NCBI GenBank assembly: GCA_963727625.1
Contig: CAVSHR010000004.1
Span: forward strand, 1,056,001-1,120,000
Origin: an uncultured delta proteobacterium
Lineage (GTDB): Bacteria; Desulfobacterota; Binatia; UBA9968
Direction: 5' to 3'
Length of the DNA stretch: 64,000 nucleotides
Shown here: in pieces, positions 9,260 to 20,425 of the stretch
How positions within the stretch are numbered: the first letter of the stretch is position 1
Layout: every line of letters begins with the position of its first letter
The notes under the pieces: generated by a model
Told to the model about the DNA's origin: nothing
Database searches by the model: none
What the model saw: only the letters and a program-made list of their open reading frames with translations
Made by a program: the position numbers and the translations under genes

Positions 9260-10867
9260 TCATTTCGCGGCCGCGCGGGCGAGGTAACTTTCCTTGAGTT
9301 TTTTCTTGTCTATTTTGTAGCCGGAAGCGACCCGCGGCAACGCGAGGAGGGTTTCGAGGCGCTCCGGCCACTTGAAGCGCGCCAAGCCTTTTTCCTGCAG
9401 AAATGATTTGATCTCGACGAGATCGATGGTATTGCCGTCGCGGCAAACCACGAACGCGCAGACCCGTTCACCCATTTCCGGATCGGGAATGCCCGCCACC
9501 GCAACTTCGACGATCTTCGGATGCTGGCTTAACGTCGCCTCGATGTCGGCGGGAAATATATTCTGGCCGCCGCGGATGATGAGGTCGTGCTCCCGCCCCA
9601 TCAGCACGATATTTCCCCCGTCGTCGAGCCGGCCGAGCTCCTGGAGATCGAAATAGCCGTTCACTCGCCGGCTCCGATCGAGCTCGGGGTTATTGAAAAA
9701 ATGCGCTTCGCTGTGAAGCCCGCGCACCCAGAGCCTGCCTACTTCTCCGGGCGCAACATCGTGATCCTCGCCGTCGACGATGCGAATCTGGTTGCCGTCG
9801 AGCGGATGTCCCAGTGTGCCGAGGCGCACCGCCGGGGGATCGTCCCAGCCGGTCGCTGAAATGCCGCCGCAGTCCACGCTGCCGTAAGCCTGGGCGATAC
9901 GACAAGCCAATTTACTTTCAATCTCGGCGGCCCGCTCGGCCGAGAGACTTGCGCCGTGGTTGATCACCAGGCGGAGCTTGCGCAGATCGTAGGGCGACAA
10001 ATCCGCCAGAGCGAGGATCCGCGCTATCATGGTCGGTACCAGCGGGATCACGCTCACTCGCTCCGCCGCCATCAGGCGGCAAAGCTTCGCGGGTGAAGAA
10101 CGATCCGTTAGCACGACCGCGGCGCCCGAGGCACAGCCGCCGTTATACACCAGTGCGTCGGCCGTCCCGGTCACGATCGATGTCGCCGCCGCTAACCGGT
10201 CCTCGGCATGGACCCCGAAGCGCTTCAAGTGAATCCACCCGGTCAACAGCCGGGTATAAAGAGGGACGGCGACGCATTTGGGCATCCCCGTGCTGCCGCT
10301 GGTGGTGGCGATCTGGCAGATATCGAGAATCGAATAACGTGTAGCTTTGAGCCGTTCGGCATCGGCTGCGCCCGCTATCATTTCCTCAAAATCGAGCGTC
10401 CCCGCCGGCACAGCCCCGCCGGTCATGATGATCAAACTCAACGTCTCAGTGCGCGCGGCTTGGAGCAGCTCCAAGTAATCGACGCCCTGGTAAAGTTTTG
10501 GAATGATGGCCGCCTCGGGTTGGGTGAATCGAATGATCGGCCCGAGCTCCGCCAAACTGAACGTCGGCGTTACGGTGACCAGCCGGATGCCTGCTTTTTC
10601 GCAGGCTAAACGGGTCAGAAACAACTCGGCGCAATTGGGCAGCTGGACCAGGACCTTGGAATCACGCTTCAAGTCGAGCTCCAGCAGGCTCAAGGCGAGC
10701 CGGTCGGAGAGCTGTTTGACCTCGGACCAGGTGAGCCGGCGCTTGCGGTCGATCAAGGCTTCGCGCGCGCCGAACTCGGCGGCATTGCGATCACAAAAGT
10801 CCGCAGCCGTCATCGGCGGCATGAGCGCGGCGATCCTTTGCGACAAATCTGGCGTATCTCGATTCAA
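9260..10867 (-). CDS. AMP-binding acyl-CoA synthetase/ligase (EntE/AliA-like)
   Basis: TTSGSTGMPK, QAYGSVD, DLIIRGGQNIFP, GERVCAFV, KIDKKKL. Confidence 0.9.
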   Translation of the reverse strand: MNRDTPDLSQRIAALMPPMTAADFCDRNAAEFGAREALIDRKRRLTWSEVKQLSDRLALSLLELDLKRDSKVLVQLPNCAELFLTRLACEKAGIRLVTVTPTFSLAELGPIIRFTQPEAAIIPKLYQGVDYLELLQAARTETLSLIIMTGGAVPAGTLDFEEMIAGAADAERLKATRYSILDICQIATTSGSTGMPKCVAVPLYTRLLTGWIHLKRFGVHAEDRLAAATSIVTGTADALVYNGGCASGAAVVLTDRSSPAKLCRLMAAERVSVIPLVPTMIARILALADLSPYDLRKLRLVINHGASLSAERAAEIESKLACRIAQAYGSVDCGGISATGWDDPPAVRLGTLGHPLDGNQIRIVDGEDHDVAPGEVGRLWVRGLHSEAHFFNNPELDRSRRVNGYFDLQELGRLDDGGNIVLMGREHDLIIRGGQNIFPADIEATLSQHPKIVEVAVAGIPDPEMGERVCAFVVCRDGNTIDLVEIKSFLQEKGLARFKWPERLETLLALPRVASGYKIDKKKLKESYLARAAAK

Positions 10868-11050
10868 GAGCGCGAAACCTCAGTCGACTGAGTCACGCCG
10901 ACCATCAGTTCCCATTATCCGAGCCTCAACTACTAGAGCAACCGCGCTCGGCTGTCGATTGCGAGCGGCTCGCCGTTTTGGTTTGCGCCGAACGCCGGCC
11001 ATCATACCGCAACCCAGGGCTCCAACGCCGGTGCGCAACGGGGGCACAAT

Positions 11051-11764
11051 TCAAAGCCGAGCCAGAACTCTCTGCTTCCAGAGCTCCCAAGTCCGTCTGA
11101 TCTGGGTGGCGTCCGGTCCTGAACGGGCATTTACTTTCGCCGCTTCTTCCGGTGTCAAATAGATCAACGGTCCGCTCAGCATCGCCGCTTGCAGCTGAAG
11201 CCGAGCGTTGAGTTCGGTTTGGATCGCCCGATAGACGGCTTGCTGCACAGTCTGTCCTACCACGACGTTGCCGTGGCCGCGCAGCAGCGCCACGGCACCT
11301 TGACCCAAAGTCGCGCTGAGGGCCTTGCCAAGCTCGCCGTTGCCGATGAGCAAGTCGGTCATGCCGGCCGCTTGACGGATATCGAACACCGGAACCGAGG
11401 GAGAAAGGAATCCGGCGCCGTTAAACACCGGCTGGAGCGCTGTCCGGCTGATGCTGAATGGAATCGTGGTCGGGGAATGGCTATGAATCACCGCCATCAC
11501 ATCGGACCGCGCCTTGTACGTCTCGCCGTGGATAAAACGTTCGAGAAACAGCTCTCGGCCTTGACGCTCGACGGCGTTGGAATCCAGGTCGTATTCCATG
11601 ATGTCGGAAACCGTCACCAGAGCCGGGGCGAGGGAGCGCGACATCAGGTAACGCTGCGGATTATCCGGATGGCGCACGCTCACATGGCCGAGGCCGTCGA
11701 GGACGCCTTCGTTGGCGAGAATACGACTCGCCGCTACGAGATTCGCTATGATCTGTTCGTCCAT
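11051..11764 (-). CDS. Class II aldolase/adducin family protein
   Basis: GHVSVRHP, ERFIH, VIHSHS, LLRGHG; GGAGGAG RBS before MDEQ. Confidence 0.9.
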   Translation of the reverse strand: MDEQIIANLVAASRILANEGVLDGLGHVSVRHPDNPQRYLMSRSLAPALVTVSDIMEYDLDSNAVERQGRELFLERFIHGETYKARSDVMAVIHSHSPTTIPFSISRTALQPVFNGAGFLSPSVPVFDIRQAAGMTDLLIGNGELGKALSATLGQGAVALLRGHGNVVVGQTVQQAVYRAIQTELNARLQLQAAMLSGPLIYLTPEEAAKVNARSGPDATQIRRTWELWKQRVLARL

Positions 11765-12019
11765 GAAGTCTCCTCCTGGACCGGTGTACGGTCGTTTCAA
11801 AATCGTCAGGCCATCGCCTGGTGCAAGCTTTAGCAAAACTCAAGAGGATTGCGAACCCTGAGCTGCATCTCGACGAGGTCGCTACAGCTCACGATGTAGG
11901 CGGTTAAAGGTGACGCAGCCGCAGTCCATTGTAGAGACTTCCATTACTGGATCAACAAGTTCCGTTTTGCCGGTACGGCTTTGTGAACGGAGCGCAGCGG
12001 TTGAACGTGCTTTCTCTTC

Positions 12020-13654
12020 CTACGGCCTAAAGCCCACCACGAGATGGGCCCGGTGGGATTCCGGGAAAGATTCTCCTTCGCACTGGAGCGTGACGATGTA
12101 GGTGCCCGCCTTGGGGATCGCCTCGGGCGGAATGGTCGTCCTGAGCTCGTCCTTCGAGATAAAGCTCGTCGGCAGCGGCTCGCCGTTCAGCAGGACACTG
12201 TGAAACGGCCACATGCCGCCCGCTCCGCGGACCGTCATGACGGTGGGACCCGAGCCCTCGATGAGAAACAGCGGCGCGATCTCGAGGTCCAGCGGCAGGG
12301 TTTGATAGGAATAGAAGGACGGGATCGGATTTTTGTATTGGGTAAATCCGCTATCGATGACCTTGCCGTCCATGACGACCATCTTGACGTTTTGCGTCAC
12401 CCAGATGTCTTGGAGCGGATCGCCCTCGACGATCGAGAGGTCGGCGACCTTGCCGGGCTCGACGCTGCCGTAGTCCTTGTCCTTCTTGAAAGTCTTGGCG
12501 GCGGTGAGCGTGGCCGCCTGGATCGCGGTCATCGGCGGCACGCCCGCCTCGACGTCCATCGCCAGGGCCTCATGCATCAGCAGGGCCGCCATGCCGCGCG
12601 GGGGATCCGAACCTTCCTTCAGAATGCCGCCCGCCTCGACGAAGCGACGGATGAACTCGTTCGCTTTCTCATAGCCGACTTTGGCGCGAGAGAGCTGCTC
12701 GGAGGAATAGCGCTTGAACAGCTTGTCGTAGGCGTTGTCGGTCACCGTGCGAACCGCGGCCGGGAGATCGGCCTTGGGGTCGTTGAGGATTTCGTTTTCC
12801 CTTTTTCTGAAGCGCTCGGCGCTGGGCGACAGCGGCCGCAGCCATTTTGCTATGGTTGGAGTCCACGCAACGCCGCGCTCGACCATGGCGCCGATCACCT
12901 CGTCGAAATTTTCGGTTTGATAGTAAGAGCCGGCGAGTTCCTGGTCGATCCTTCCTCCCAGCCGATCCTCGGCCAGTTTGCGCCTTGCCGGAACATATGG
13001 AATCGAGCTGTAGCCGACCGACCAGATATGCTCGATCGAGTCGACGCCTGTATGGACCGAGCCGACGACGTCCCAGCTGTGGCAGGCTACCGGCATGTCC
13101 AGTCGATGGGCTTCGTCGACGGCGATTTTCAGCAAATCCAAAGATAGAAACTCGTTGACCTTGAGGATGTCGCAGCCAATCTCCTTTTTCCGCCGCACCG
13201 CGTTGCGCACCTCTTCCGGCGTCGTGACGATGATGTGACCCCGGGATACTCTCGAGAGGGGTACGTCGTGCCCGGTGCCGACGGCGCCGATCGCCTGGCC
13301 TGACATCCAAATCCGCGGTCCGCGGATTTTCTCCAGATCGGTCCCCTGTTTTTGCGCGCGGGTCCATGGGCCGTCCTGGTAGGTGTCGATCGTAGCGCAG
13401 GTCGTAATTCCCAGGTGGAGATAGAGCTCGCCATGGAAATCCTCCAGGTGTCCATGACCGTCGATAAAGCCGGGCAGCACGGTCTTGCCTTTGACGTCGA
13501 TCACCTGCGCGTCGGCGGGAATGGAGACTTGCCCGCCTCGACCGACGGCTTGGAACCTGCCGCCCCGCATAACGATGACGGAATTTTCGATCGGCGGCCG
13601 GCCGGTGCCATCAATCAGTCTGCCGCCGTGCACCACGAGTGCTTCGTCTGCCAT
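12020..13654 (-). CDS. Amidohydrolase family protein
   Basis: LIDGTG, PGFIDGHGH, IEH, GSVEPGKVADL. Confidence 0.9.
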   Translation of the reverse strand: MADEALVVHGGRLIDGTGRPPIENSVIVMRGGRFQAVGRGGQVSIPADAQVIDVKGKTVLPGFIDGHGHLEDFHGELYLHLGITTCATIDTYQDGPWTRAQKQGTDLEKIRGPRIWMSGQAIGAVGTGHDVPLSRVSRGHIIVTTPEEVRNAVRRKKEIGCDILKVNEFLSLDLLKIAVDEAHRLDMPVACHSWDVVGSVHTGVDSIEHIWSVGYSSIPYVPARRKLAEDRLGGRIDQELAGSYYQTENFDEVIGAMVERGVAWTPTIAKWLRPLSPSAERFRKRENEILNDPKADLPAAVRTVTDNAYDKLFKRYSSEQLSRAKVGYEKANEFIRRFVEAGGILKEGSDPPRGMAALLMHEALAMDVEAGVPPMTAIQAATLTAAKTFKKDKDYGSVEPGKVADLSIVEGDPLQDIWVTQNVKMVVMDGKVIDSGFTQYKNPIPSFYSYQTLPLDLEIAPLFLIEGSGPTVMTVRGAGGMWPFHSVLLNGEPLPTSFISKDELRTTIPPEAIPKAGTYIVTLQCEGESFPESHRAHLVVGFRP

Positions 13655-13695
13655 CTTTTGCTTTCTCCCCTCGCGTCGATCGTCAGCACGCGCTT

Positions 13696-14404
13696 AAGGG
13701 AACCGGCTACTTTTCTTCTCGTTTCGCGGCCGCCCGCGCGGGCGCAACGTGCGAGCGAGTCCGAATACCGTCGCCACTTCCGCTTGCCAATGTTTTTTTC
13801 CGAAGGGTCTTTGCCGATTCAAATATTCACGCACCGACGTTAGTTGATCGCCGTTTATCGGTTCGGTCAACAGATCGTCAGAACTCACAGGACATGGGGT
13901 CAATCAGCTCCGGCCGCCGCAGACTCGACCAAAACCATTCCTGCGCCGTGCTCGACAACCCAGCGCGAACCCGGATCTTGCAACACGTCACGCAAAGCAG
14001 CAATCAAGTGTTCATTGCGCTGAACTGAAAAACTCTTGAAGCGGCCCTGCCAAACATGTCCGCTGCCACCGAAACGTTTGTGATAATGCCGCACTTGGCT
14101 CGTCAGCAGCCACTGCATGAACTGACTCGGTGCGGCTTGACGAGCAGGTTCGAGAACGAGGTGGAAGTGATTCGGCATCAGACAGAAACCGAAAAGCTTG
14201 ATCTGATGTCGCGTCTTCGCTTCAGCCAGCAGGGATAGAAAGACTTTGTAATCTTGTGACTTGTGGAATACCGTGGCGCGCCCGTTGCCCCGGTTGACGG
14301 GATGGTAGACGTAACCGCCCTGCTGTCCTCGTGGAATTCTCGGCACGCAGCGCTGCTAACACGCGCGCAATCGAGCTTTCAATACAAAAGTAGCCGGTCC
14401 CCTT
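13696..14404 (-). mobile_element. RAYT element with frameshifted transposase (ORF pieces 13900-14346 and 13694-13903) and 19-bp terminal inverted repeats
   Basis: MPRIPR...YHPVNRGN...LMPNHFHL...GHVWQGRFK; ends AAGGGAACCGGCTACTTTT and AAAAGTAGCCGGTCCCCTT. Confidence 0.85.
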
Positions 14405-14419
14405 TTCCGGATCTCATGC

Positions 14420-14641
14420 TCAAGCGGCTCGAACGTCCACTCGACCAATCACCAAACCTTCTTCTTTGGGAACTTCTTGTCCCTCGTCTTTCAAACCCTG
14501 GATGTGAAGCTCAATCGCCTCCCTGACGTTGTTCATAGCCTCGTCGATCGTTTCCCCCTGGCTGAGACAGCCGGGCAGAGACGGCACATCCACCCAATAT
14601 CCGCCTTCCTCTGCACTGTGCACGACAACTGTGTATTGCAT
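14420..14641 (-). CDS. hicB: HicB family antitoxin
   Basis: YTVVVH.AEEGGYWVDVPSLPGCLSQGETIDEA. Confidence 0.9.
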   Translation of the reverse strand: MQYTVVVHSAEEGGYWVDVPSLPGCLSQGETIDEAMNNVREAIELHIQGLKDEGQEVPKEEGLVIGRVDVRAA

Positions 14642-14649
14642 GGTATGCT

Positions 14650-14866
14650 CCCTCAAAACCAAGTCCAAAAAACTCTTCCTCGGCTAATCCCGCCTTGCGA
14701 ATAGCAGCCTTCAGCAAGCCGATTTTGAGCTCTTGGTGCAAAGGTATCGTGACGAGTTGGCCATTCGGCATCTTGATATTGGCATGATCCCCTTTACCGG
14801 CCCGACGAATCCCGCCCACCTTCGCAAAAGCCTTTGCCGCCTCGGCACCGCCAGCAGTATGGCATC
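14650..14866 (-). pseudogene. hicA: HicA toxin, frameshifted at both ends
   Basis: GKGDH...LVTIPLHQELKIGLLKAAIRKAGL; no clean start or stop in frame; boundaries approximate. Confidence 0.7.
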
Positions 14867-15134
14867 CAGCGGCCACTTCTCTGCACTTTTCTTAGGATAC
14901 AATACCGAGAGTGAATTCGCTAAACGAAGAACCTGCCGCTCCCGTTCCGCGCGCCTCTGAGCAACAGTACAAGCCATCGGTCCCACCGTCACCGCGCAAG
15001 AACACCGCCAAATGCACTTCAGAGCCGCGCCAGATCGGACCAAGCTATCTTCTTGCCAAACCGCCAACCGCAATCGCATTCGACCAGCGCTCATCGCGCG
15101 GCCGTGAGGCCATTGGTGTTTTTGTGAAGAACAA

Positions 15135-15370
15135 CGTCTTGAACGGAGCAACGCGCTTGGAAGAGCGGAACTCTCCGGTTATTTCTGTTGGCTCAAGCCT
15201 CGCGCCTATTTTACGAACGTCTTGAACGGAGCGCAGCGATTGAATCCTTCGGCTAACTCAGGATAGGCTCTTTGAACGACTGGATCGTTGAACGGTTGAA
15301 CTTTTGAACCTTTGAACAGCCCCCTGTCTCAGATCGAACCTTGAACCTTTGAACCGTTGAACTTTTGAAC
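15135..15370. repeat. Cluster of short TTGAAC/TGGAAC tandem units
   Basis: e.g. TTGAACGGTTGAACTTTTGAACCTTTGAAC and TTGAACCTTTGAACCGTTGAACTTTTGAAC. Confidence 0.8.
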
Positions 15371-15388
15371 GAGACGTTTCTAACCCGG

Positions 15389-16021
15389 TCAGTAAAGCTC
15401 GGTCTTCAAACGCTCGGCATATTTCTCATTATAATCCCTGGCGTAGGCAGCATCCTTGCCGTCGCGGGCGGCGGCGAAGTCGCCGTGGCTCGGCGCCCCG
15501 TTCGGCCGCGCCGTCGCGTCCCACAGCTTCGCCCGCACGAAGGCTTTGGGACAGTGATTGAAGGCTTCTTGGACCGCGACGACAACGACCACGCGCGGCA
15601 GCTTGCCGCGCACCTCGAATCGTTTCAGCAACTCCGGGTCCGTGCTGATCGTCGCGCTGCCGGTCACGCGGTAGGTTTCGTTCGATCCCGGGACCATGAA
15701 AATGAGACCGACCTTCGGGTTGACGAGCAGGTTCCTCATCCCGTCGATGCGGTTGTTGCCCGGCCGGTCCGGGATCAGCAGTGTGCGGTCGTCGAGCAGC
15801 TGCACGAAGCCCGGCGCATCGCCCTTGGGCGAACAGTCGATGCTGGTCCCGCTCGAGGTGGCGAGCACCAGGAAAGGCGATGCCGCGATGAAGGCGCGCC
15901 CGACCTCGGTGATGTGGTCGGTTTCCTTGGTGGCGATGTGGGGCAACGGCCGGGCATAAATCTTCGCGAGATCGTCCAGCGAAGTAACGGTGTAGGCATC
16001 GTTCCGGTCTATCGTGTCCAT
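15389..16021 (-). CDS. Pyridoxamine 5'-phosphate oxidase-like FMN-binding protein (MSMEG_1061-like)
   Basis: SPFLVLAT, DCSPKGDAPGFV, PDRPGNNRID, HCPKAFVRAKLW. Confidence 0.9.
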   Translation of the reverse strand: MDTIDRNDAYTVTSLDDLAKIYARPLPHIATKETDHITEVGRAFIAASPFLVLATSSGTSIDCSPKGDAPGFVQLLDDRTLLIPDRPGNNRIDGMRNLLVNPKVGLIFMVPGSNETYRVTGSATISTDPELLKRFEVRGKLPRVVVVVAVQEAFNHCPKAFVRAKLWDATARPNGAPSHGDFAAARDGKDAAYARDYNEKYAERLKTELY

Positions 16022-16272
16022 GTCATATCCCTCTTCGGTCGGTGACGGGTAGCAGTAGTCTTCCGTCTACGCAATATCGACTGCCGACCGAGTCTTGTCA
16101 ACGTTGGAATTCGATCCAAATCATATTGCACCGGGGCATGAGGTCCCTAAATTTCAAGATTAAAGACCAGACCCCAATTTTTTGCATTGGCTTGAAAAAG
16201 CTGCCTCTAAGCCTATAAACGATGCCGTTTATGCCACCTCGTGCTGTCAAATCAAGAAGTTGCCTTGGCGGT

Positions 16273-17061
16273 TCAGCCGACCACCGATGGATCGGGAACG
16301 AGGGAGCGCTGGAGCCACTGGAACATGCGCCATCCGACCGGGTCGGGCGCGAGTGTCGACGCTGCAAGGGCAGCGGCCTCGTCGGAGATCGCTCGCCCGT
16401 TCGGCGCTTTCACGTGGACTTCGGCCACTCGTTCGGCCATCACGAACCAGCCAATCGATTCCTCCACCGAACGGCCCACCGTGAGCAGGCCGTGGTTTCG
16501 CAGGATGCAGAACTTGCGGTTACCGAGTGCTGTGGCGATGCGCTCGCCGCCATCGATCGAAAGCACCTCCACCTCCTCATCGTCGAAAAGTGCCTGGTCG
16601 AACACGAATGCACAGGCCTCCTGACTGAGCGCGCGGAACGGCTCGACGTTGGCCGACCAGGGGGTGCCGAAGGGCGTGTGGATGTGAGCTGCGCTGACGA
16701 CGTCGGGACGGGCGGCAAGCAGCGGGCGGTGGATGTTGTAGCCGGCTGTGTTGACGGCGCCGGTCACGTTGCCGTCGGCATCCTTCACTTCGCCGCCGGG
16801 CCCGACCAGCACCAGGCGCTCCACCGTCGCCGCGCCGAAGGGAACGCCCCAGTCGAGCAGCCAGAAGTGGTCGGTCAACAGAGGGTCGCGGGCCGATATA
16901 TGGCCGTCGCCGAGCATGCCCCACCGCATCGCGCCGAAGATGCGGTAGCCGAGCGCACAGATCCGTTTGCGATGCGCCCGTTCTTCGGCGATCGAACGGA
17001 CGGTGCCGTAGGGTTCGACCCCCTCAAACGGTGGATAAGGACTCGATGTCATGTTGGCCAT
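16273..17061 (-). CDS. Class II aldolase/adducin family protein
   Basis: GHISARDP, IH...ARPDV..AAHIHT, ILRNHGLLTVG. Confidence 0.9.
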   Translation of the reverse strand: MANMTSSPYPPFEGVEPYGTVRSIAEERAHRKRICALGYRIFGAMRWGMLGDGHISARDPLLTDHFWLLDWGVPFGAATVERLVLVGPGGEVKDADGNVTGAVNTAGYNIHRPLLAARPDVVSAAHIHTPFGTPWSANVEPFRALSQEACAFVFDQALFDDEEVEVLSIDGGERIATALGNRKFCILRNHGLLTVGRSVEESIGWFVMAERVAEVHVKAPNGRAISDEAAALAASTLAPDPVGWRMFQWLQRSLVPDPSVVG

Positions 17062-17156
17062 GCAGCGCCGCGCGATTCAGTCGGGCGTTTATCGGAAATT
17101 TCAACCGGCTTTATCTGGGGCAAGCCATATCGCCACACCTCGGAGCTGTCAATCGT

Positions 17157-17393
17157 CCGAGAATTTCGTGAAAATCTCCGCGATCCTTCAGCAAACTCGG
17201 CCGGCGCAACGGTCGTAAGTGCTCAAAGTCTTCCCGATCTTGCCGCTCGTGGGGGGCTCAGAAGCTGCCGCGCTATCGGCTTACGTTATCACTCGATTTC
17301 GTCTTGCAGGCGGTTTGGATCGACGCAGCTCCCGCGAGAAGTGACCGCAAAAAGTACGTCTGGACAGATTGTCATGATTTCAAATCCAGACCC
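17157..17393 (+). repeat. About 235-bp dispersed repeat, copy 1 (uninterrupted)
   Basis: Near-identical to 22142-22366 plus 24205-24223; ends in GATTGTCATGATTTCAAATCCAGACCC. Confidence 0.85.
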
Positions 17394-17429
17394 TAAAATT
17401 TTCTCCCTTAGTTTGGCGTAACGGGCAAC

Positions 17430-19464
17430 CTAGCCCGACTTCCACAATAAGAGGGTCGAGATTTAACAATTTCGGGCACTTAGCTTCTCAAGTCGGCACT
17501 ACATTTGGCGTTCCTGAAGGGGGGCGAAGCCGCTCGGGGAGAGTCAATCCCAGACGTTGTAGGAGCAAGTCCTGTTCGCGGTGAGGTCGCACCACACAGC
17601 GAAGCCGAAGCTCGCGCTTGGAGCCGTCGGCCAGTGGCAACACGATATCGGCCGAGTGAATGCGAGAGAACTCAGTGAGAATAGTTCGAGGCGAATGCCC
17701 CAGCCCGGCACGCGACTGCCACTGCTGGAGTGTCTTCCACAGCACGTAAGCCAAAAAGCAAATCAGAATATGTGCCTTAATGCGGTCTTGTTTATGATGC
17801 CAGATCGGACGGATGCACAGATCGGATTTCTGAACCCGAAAAGCGGCCTCAGCTTCAGTGAGCTGGATGTAGGTCTTCCACAGTTGTTCGTCAGTCCAAT
17901 CGTGGATGTTGCTGCGTAGGATATAAGTACCTTCGCTCAGCCTGGCCCAATCATCCCACTCGGGGCGTGCATGCCACTTAAGCTTAATTCCCGCGGGTAC
18001 GCTCTTATCTTCTAAAAGTGAAATCGAGTAGCGGGCTGCCGCCCGGGAGTTTTGCCCCAACAGCCGCCCGATCTGGCGCTCGAGTCTCTCCGCGATCCAA
18101 GGCCTTTTTGCTTTTCGCAATGCGTCGGCTAAGCGATTGTAAACCTTCTTCAATCTGCTTGGAGAACCGTTGATGCATCGCCTTCTCTTTTTCGCTGCGA
18201 CTGGCCGAGCGGCACAGAAGGAAGGTCTCGTTTCCATCAGGTCCACAACAGATTTTGACTTCGATATCTTCCCGGATCTGATGCCAATCGGTTTTCTCAG
18301 TGATCTGTTGGGTAAAGCGGCTAAGCTCCGAACGCGCCGTTCCAATCACGTAGCGGCGCCCCGTTGCGTTAAGCCAGCTGATGTTCTCAGCACTCACCAT
18401 CCCTCGGTCCATGACCCATACCCGGTTCGCTTTCCCAAACCGCTCCTCCATCTTCTCAACAATCTGTTGGACAGTGGTGACATCGGTGGTGTTGCCGGCG
18501 AAAATCTCATAGCCCAGCGGCATACCCTCCCGGCTTACCACCAGCGCTATGTTGACCTGTACGCAATCCGCCGATGGTCGCGACTGTAACCGCGCTTGGC
18601 GATGGCAGGATCGGCGATCCCTTCGAAGTACGTGCTCGTCACATCGTAAAGCAATAGATCGTAATCCAGATCAAACAGCTCTCCCAGACGCTTGACCAGA
18701 TGCTTTTCAACAGCCTCCTTGTGCGGCAACAGCCGATCCAGCGCTCGATACAAACGCTCATCGTAAATGTCCTCCACGGCTACCCCAAGCAGATCTTCCA
18801 ACGCCGTCGTGCGATACCACTGCTCAGCCACGTGCAACTCGCTTGACGGCTCCACCAGCCGCCCAATTACCAAAATGGCGATCACTTCCGCCCATGAAAC
18901 CGTCTCGCGGCTCGCCAACAAAAACTCGCCCAATACCTCGTCGAGTTTCAACGCCCGCCACAAAATCCACCCCAGCCATACCGCGCCAAAACTGCGCGAG
19001 CGCTCCAGCCGCACCCCATCTAACTTGACCGCCACCGCACCACTCGGCTCACCCTGATCGAATAGTTGCCCCTGCCAAGTTCCCGATGCACGCCCCGCAA
19101 TACTTCGCGCGAGCGCCTGAGCTCGTGCCCGACCTTCAGCATCGAGCTCTCCCAGCTGCGCCACGGTTTGCTGCACGACTTTGCGACCGCGCCTGACCGA
19201 ACGCACCAGCCGCCAGTAAACATGGCTCTTGCCATCTTTAAATCGCCTCGTGTGTCGCAAGTACACAGCCGCACATTCTCACGGTGTGATGCTAGCTGAC
19301 AAGACACTTGGTCGGCACTACATTCGCTTTTTACCCTCTTGATGACTGAAAAGACCGGGCGGCGTAACAGCAATATTCGATTTTACAACCGCTTACTCCT
19401 ACGTGCCGGTGCCACGGCAGGTGAAAAATGTTTCTGAGTAGCGCTATTGTGGAACTTGGGCTAG
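17430..19464 (-). mobile_element. IS1634-family element; transposase (17488-19266) split by two frameshifts
   Basis: MYLR...[52 protein letters not shown]; ends CTAGCCCGACTTCCACAATA and TATTGTGGAACTTGGGCTAG. Confidence 0.9.
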
Positions 19465-19678
19465 CGTCTGAAAACCATTTTCTTAGGATACAACGCCGAC
19501 CGTGCCCTCGCCAATCGAAGAAAATTCCGCCCGCGAACCCGCCGAGCCTTACCTCGGAAAGAGGACAGGCGGAGCGATCTCCCTGCCCCGCGGCATTTCA
19601 CTCCAGAGAAAAGTTCTCGGTCGTTAACTCGTTCAACAACGCGTCGCGGACCCTCCGACAAGCTCAGGCAGGCTCTTC

Positions 19679-19727
19679 AAACGTCTGGAACGCTTGGAAC
19701 CATTGGAACGTCTGGAACATTTGGAAC
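19679..19727. repeat. 9-bp tandem repeat (nnnTGGAAC x5)
   Basis: GTCTGGAAC GCTTGGAAC CATTGGAAC GTCTGGAAC ATTTGGAAC. Confidence 0.8.
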
Positions 19728-19852
19728 CTCTCCCGTTTTTTTAGATGTAATTGACACCTTCTCCCGTCGGCGATATTTCTTTCGCATATGTCGCCGATTC
19801 GTACCGTCGTCCTAACTCGCGGCCCGGCGCTCGCGCTCTACGGAGGAGACCC

Positions 19853-20425
19853 ATGTCCATGCTGACGCTCACAATGCCCGCCCTTCCCGACCCGGTCAAA
19901 GTCGTCCTCCAACCCGCGACCACGGCGCTGTTGGTGTTCGACATGATCGATCGTATTTGCAAGAACCAGCCGAACTGCACCGGCGTCATGTTGCCGGCCC
20001 TCGCCTCGCTGCTGGCGCGGGCAAGAAAAGCCGGCGTGTTCGTCCTGTACTCGACTCGGGAGCCGGAAAGCTCGAACTGGATGCCGGAGGTCGCTCCCGC
20101 TCCGGGCGACCCCGTCGTCAAGTCGTATGCTCAGGACCGATTCTACAACACGGATCTCGACAAAACGCTGAAGGGCAAGGGGATCACGACGGTGATTCTC
20201 ACCGGCTGGAAGGTCAGCGGCTCGGTGGTCTACACCTCGGTTGGAGCGACGGTGCGGGGGTACACGGTCGTCGTGCCCACGGATGCCAGCTCAGCCGCGA
20301 CGGACTACGAAGTGGCGATCGGCCAATTCCAGATATTGAATCAGAACAGCGCGAACGCCGCGAACGAACCGCTGAAGCCGAACGCCTCGACCCTGAGCCG
20401 CACGGATCTGATCGTCTTTCAGTAA
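19853..20425 (+). CDS. Isochorismatase/cysteine hydrolase family protein
   Basis: TTALLVFD, VVKSYAQDRFYNTDLDKTLKGKGITTVILTG; GGAGGAG RBS. Confidence 0.8.
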   Translation: MSMLTLTMPALPDPVKVVLQPATTALLVFDMIDRICKNQPNCTGVMLPALASLLARARKAGVFVLYSTREPESSNWMPEVAPAPGDPVVKSYAQDRFYNTDLDKTLKGKGITTVILTGWKVSGSVVYTSVGATVRGYTVVVPTDASSAATDYEVAIGQFQILNQNSANAANEPLKPNASTLSRTDLIVFQ

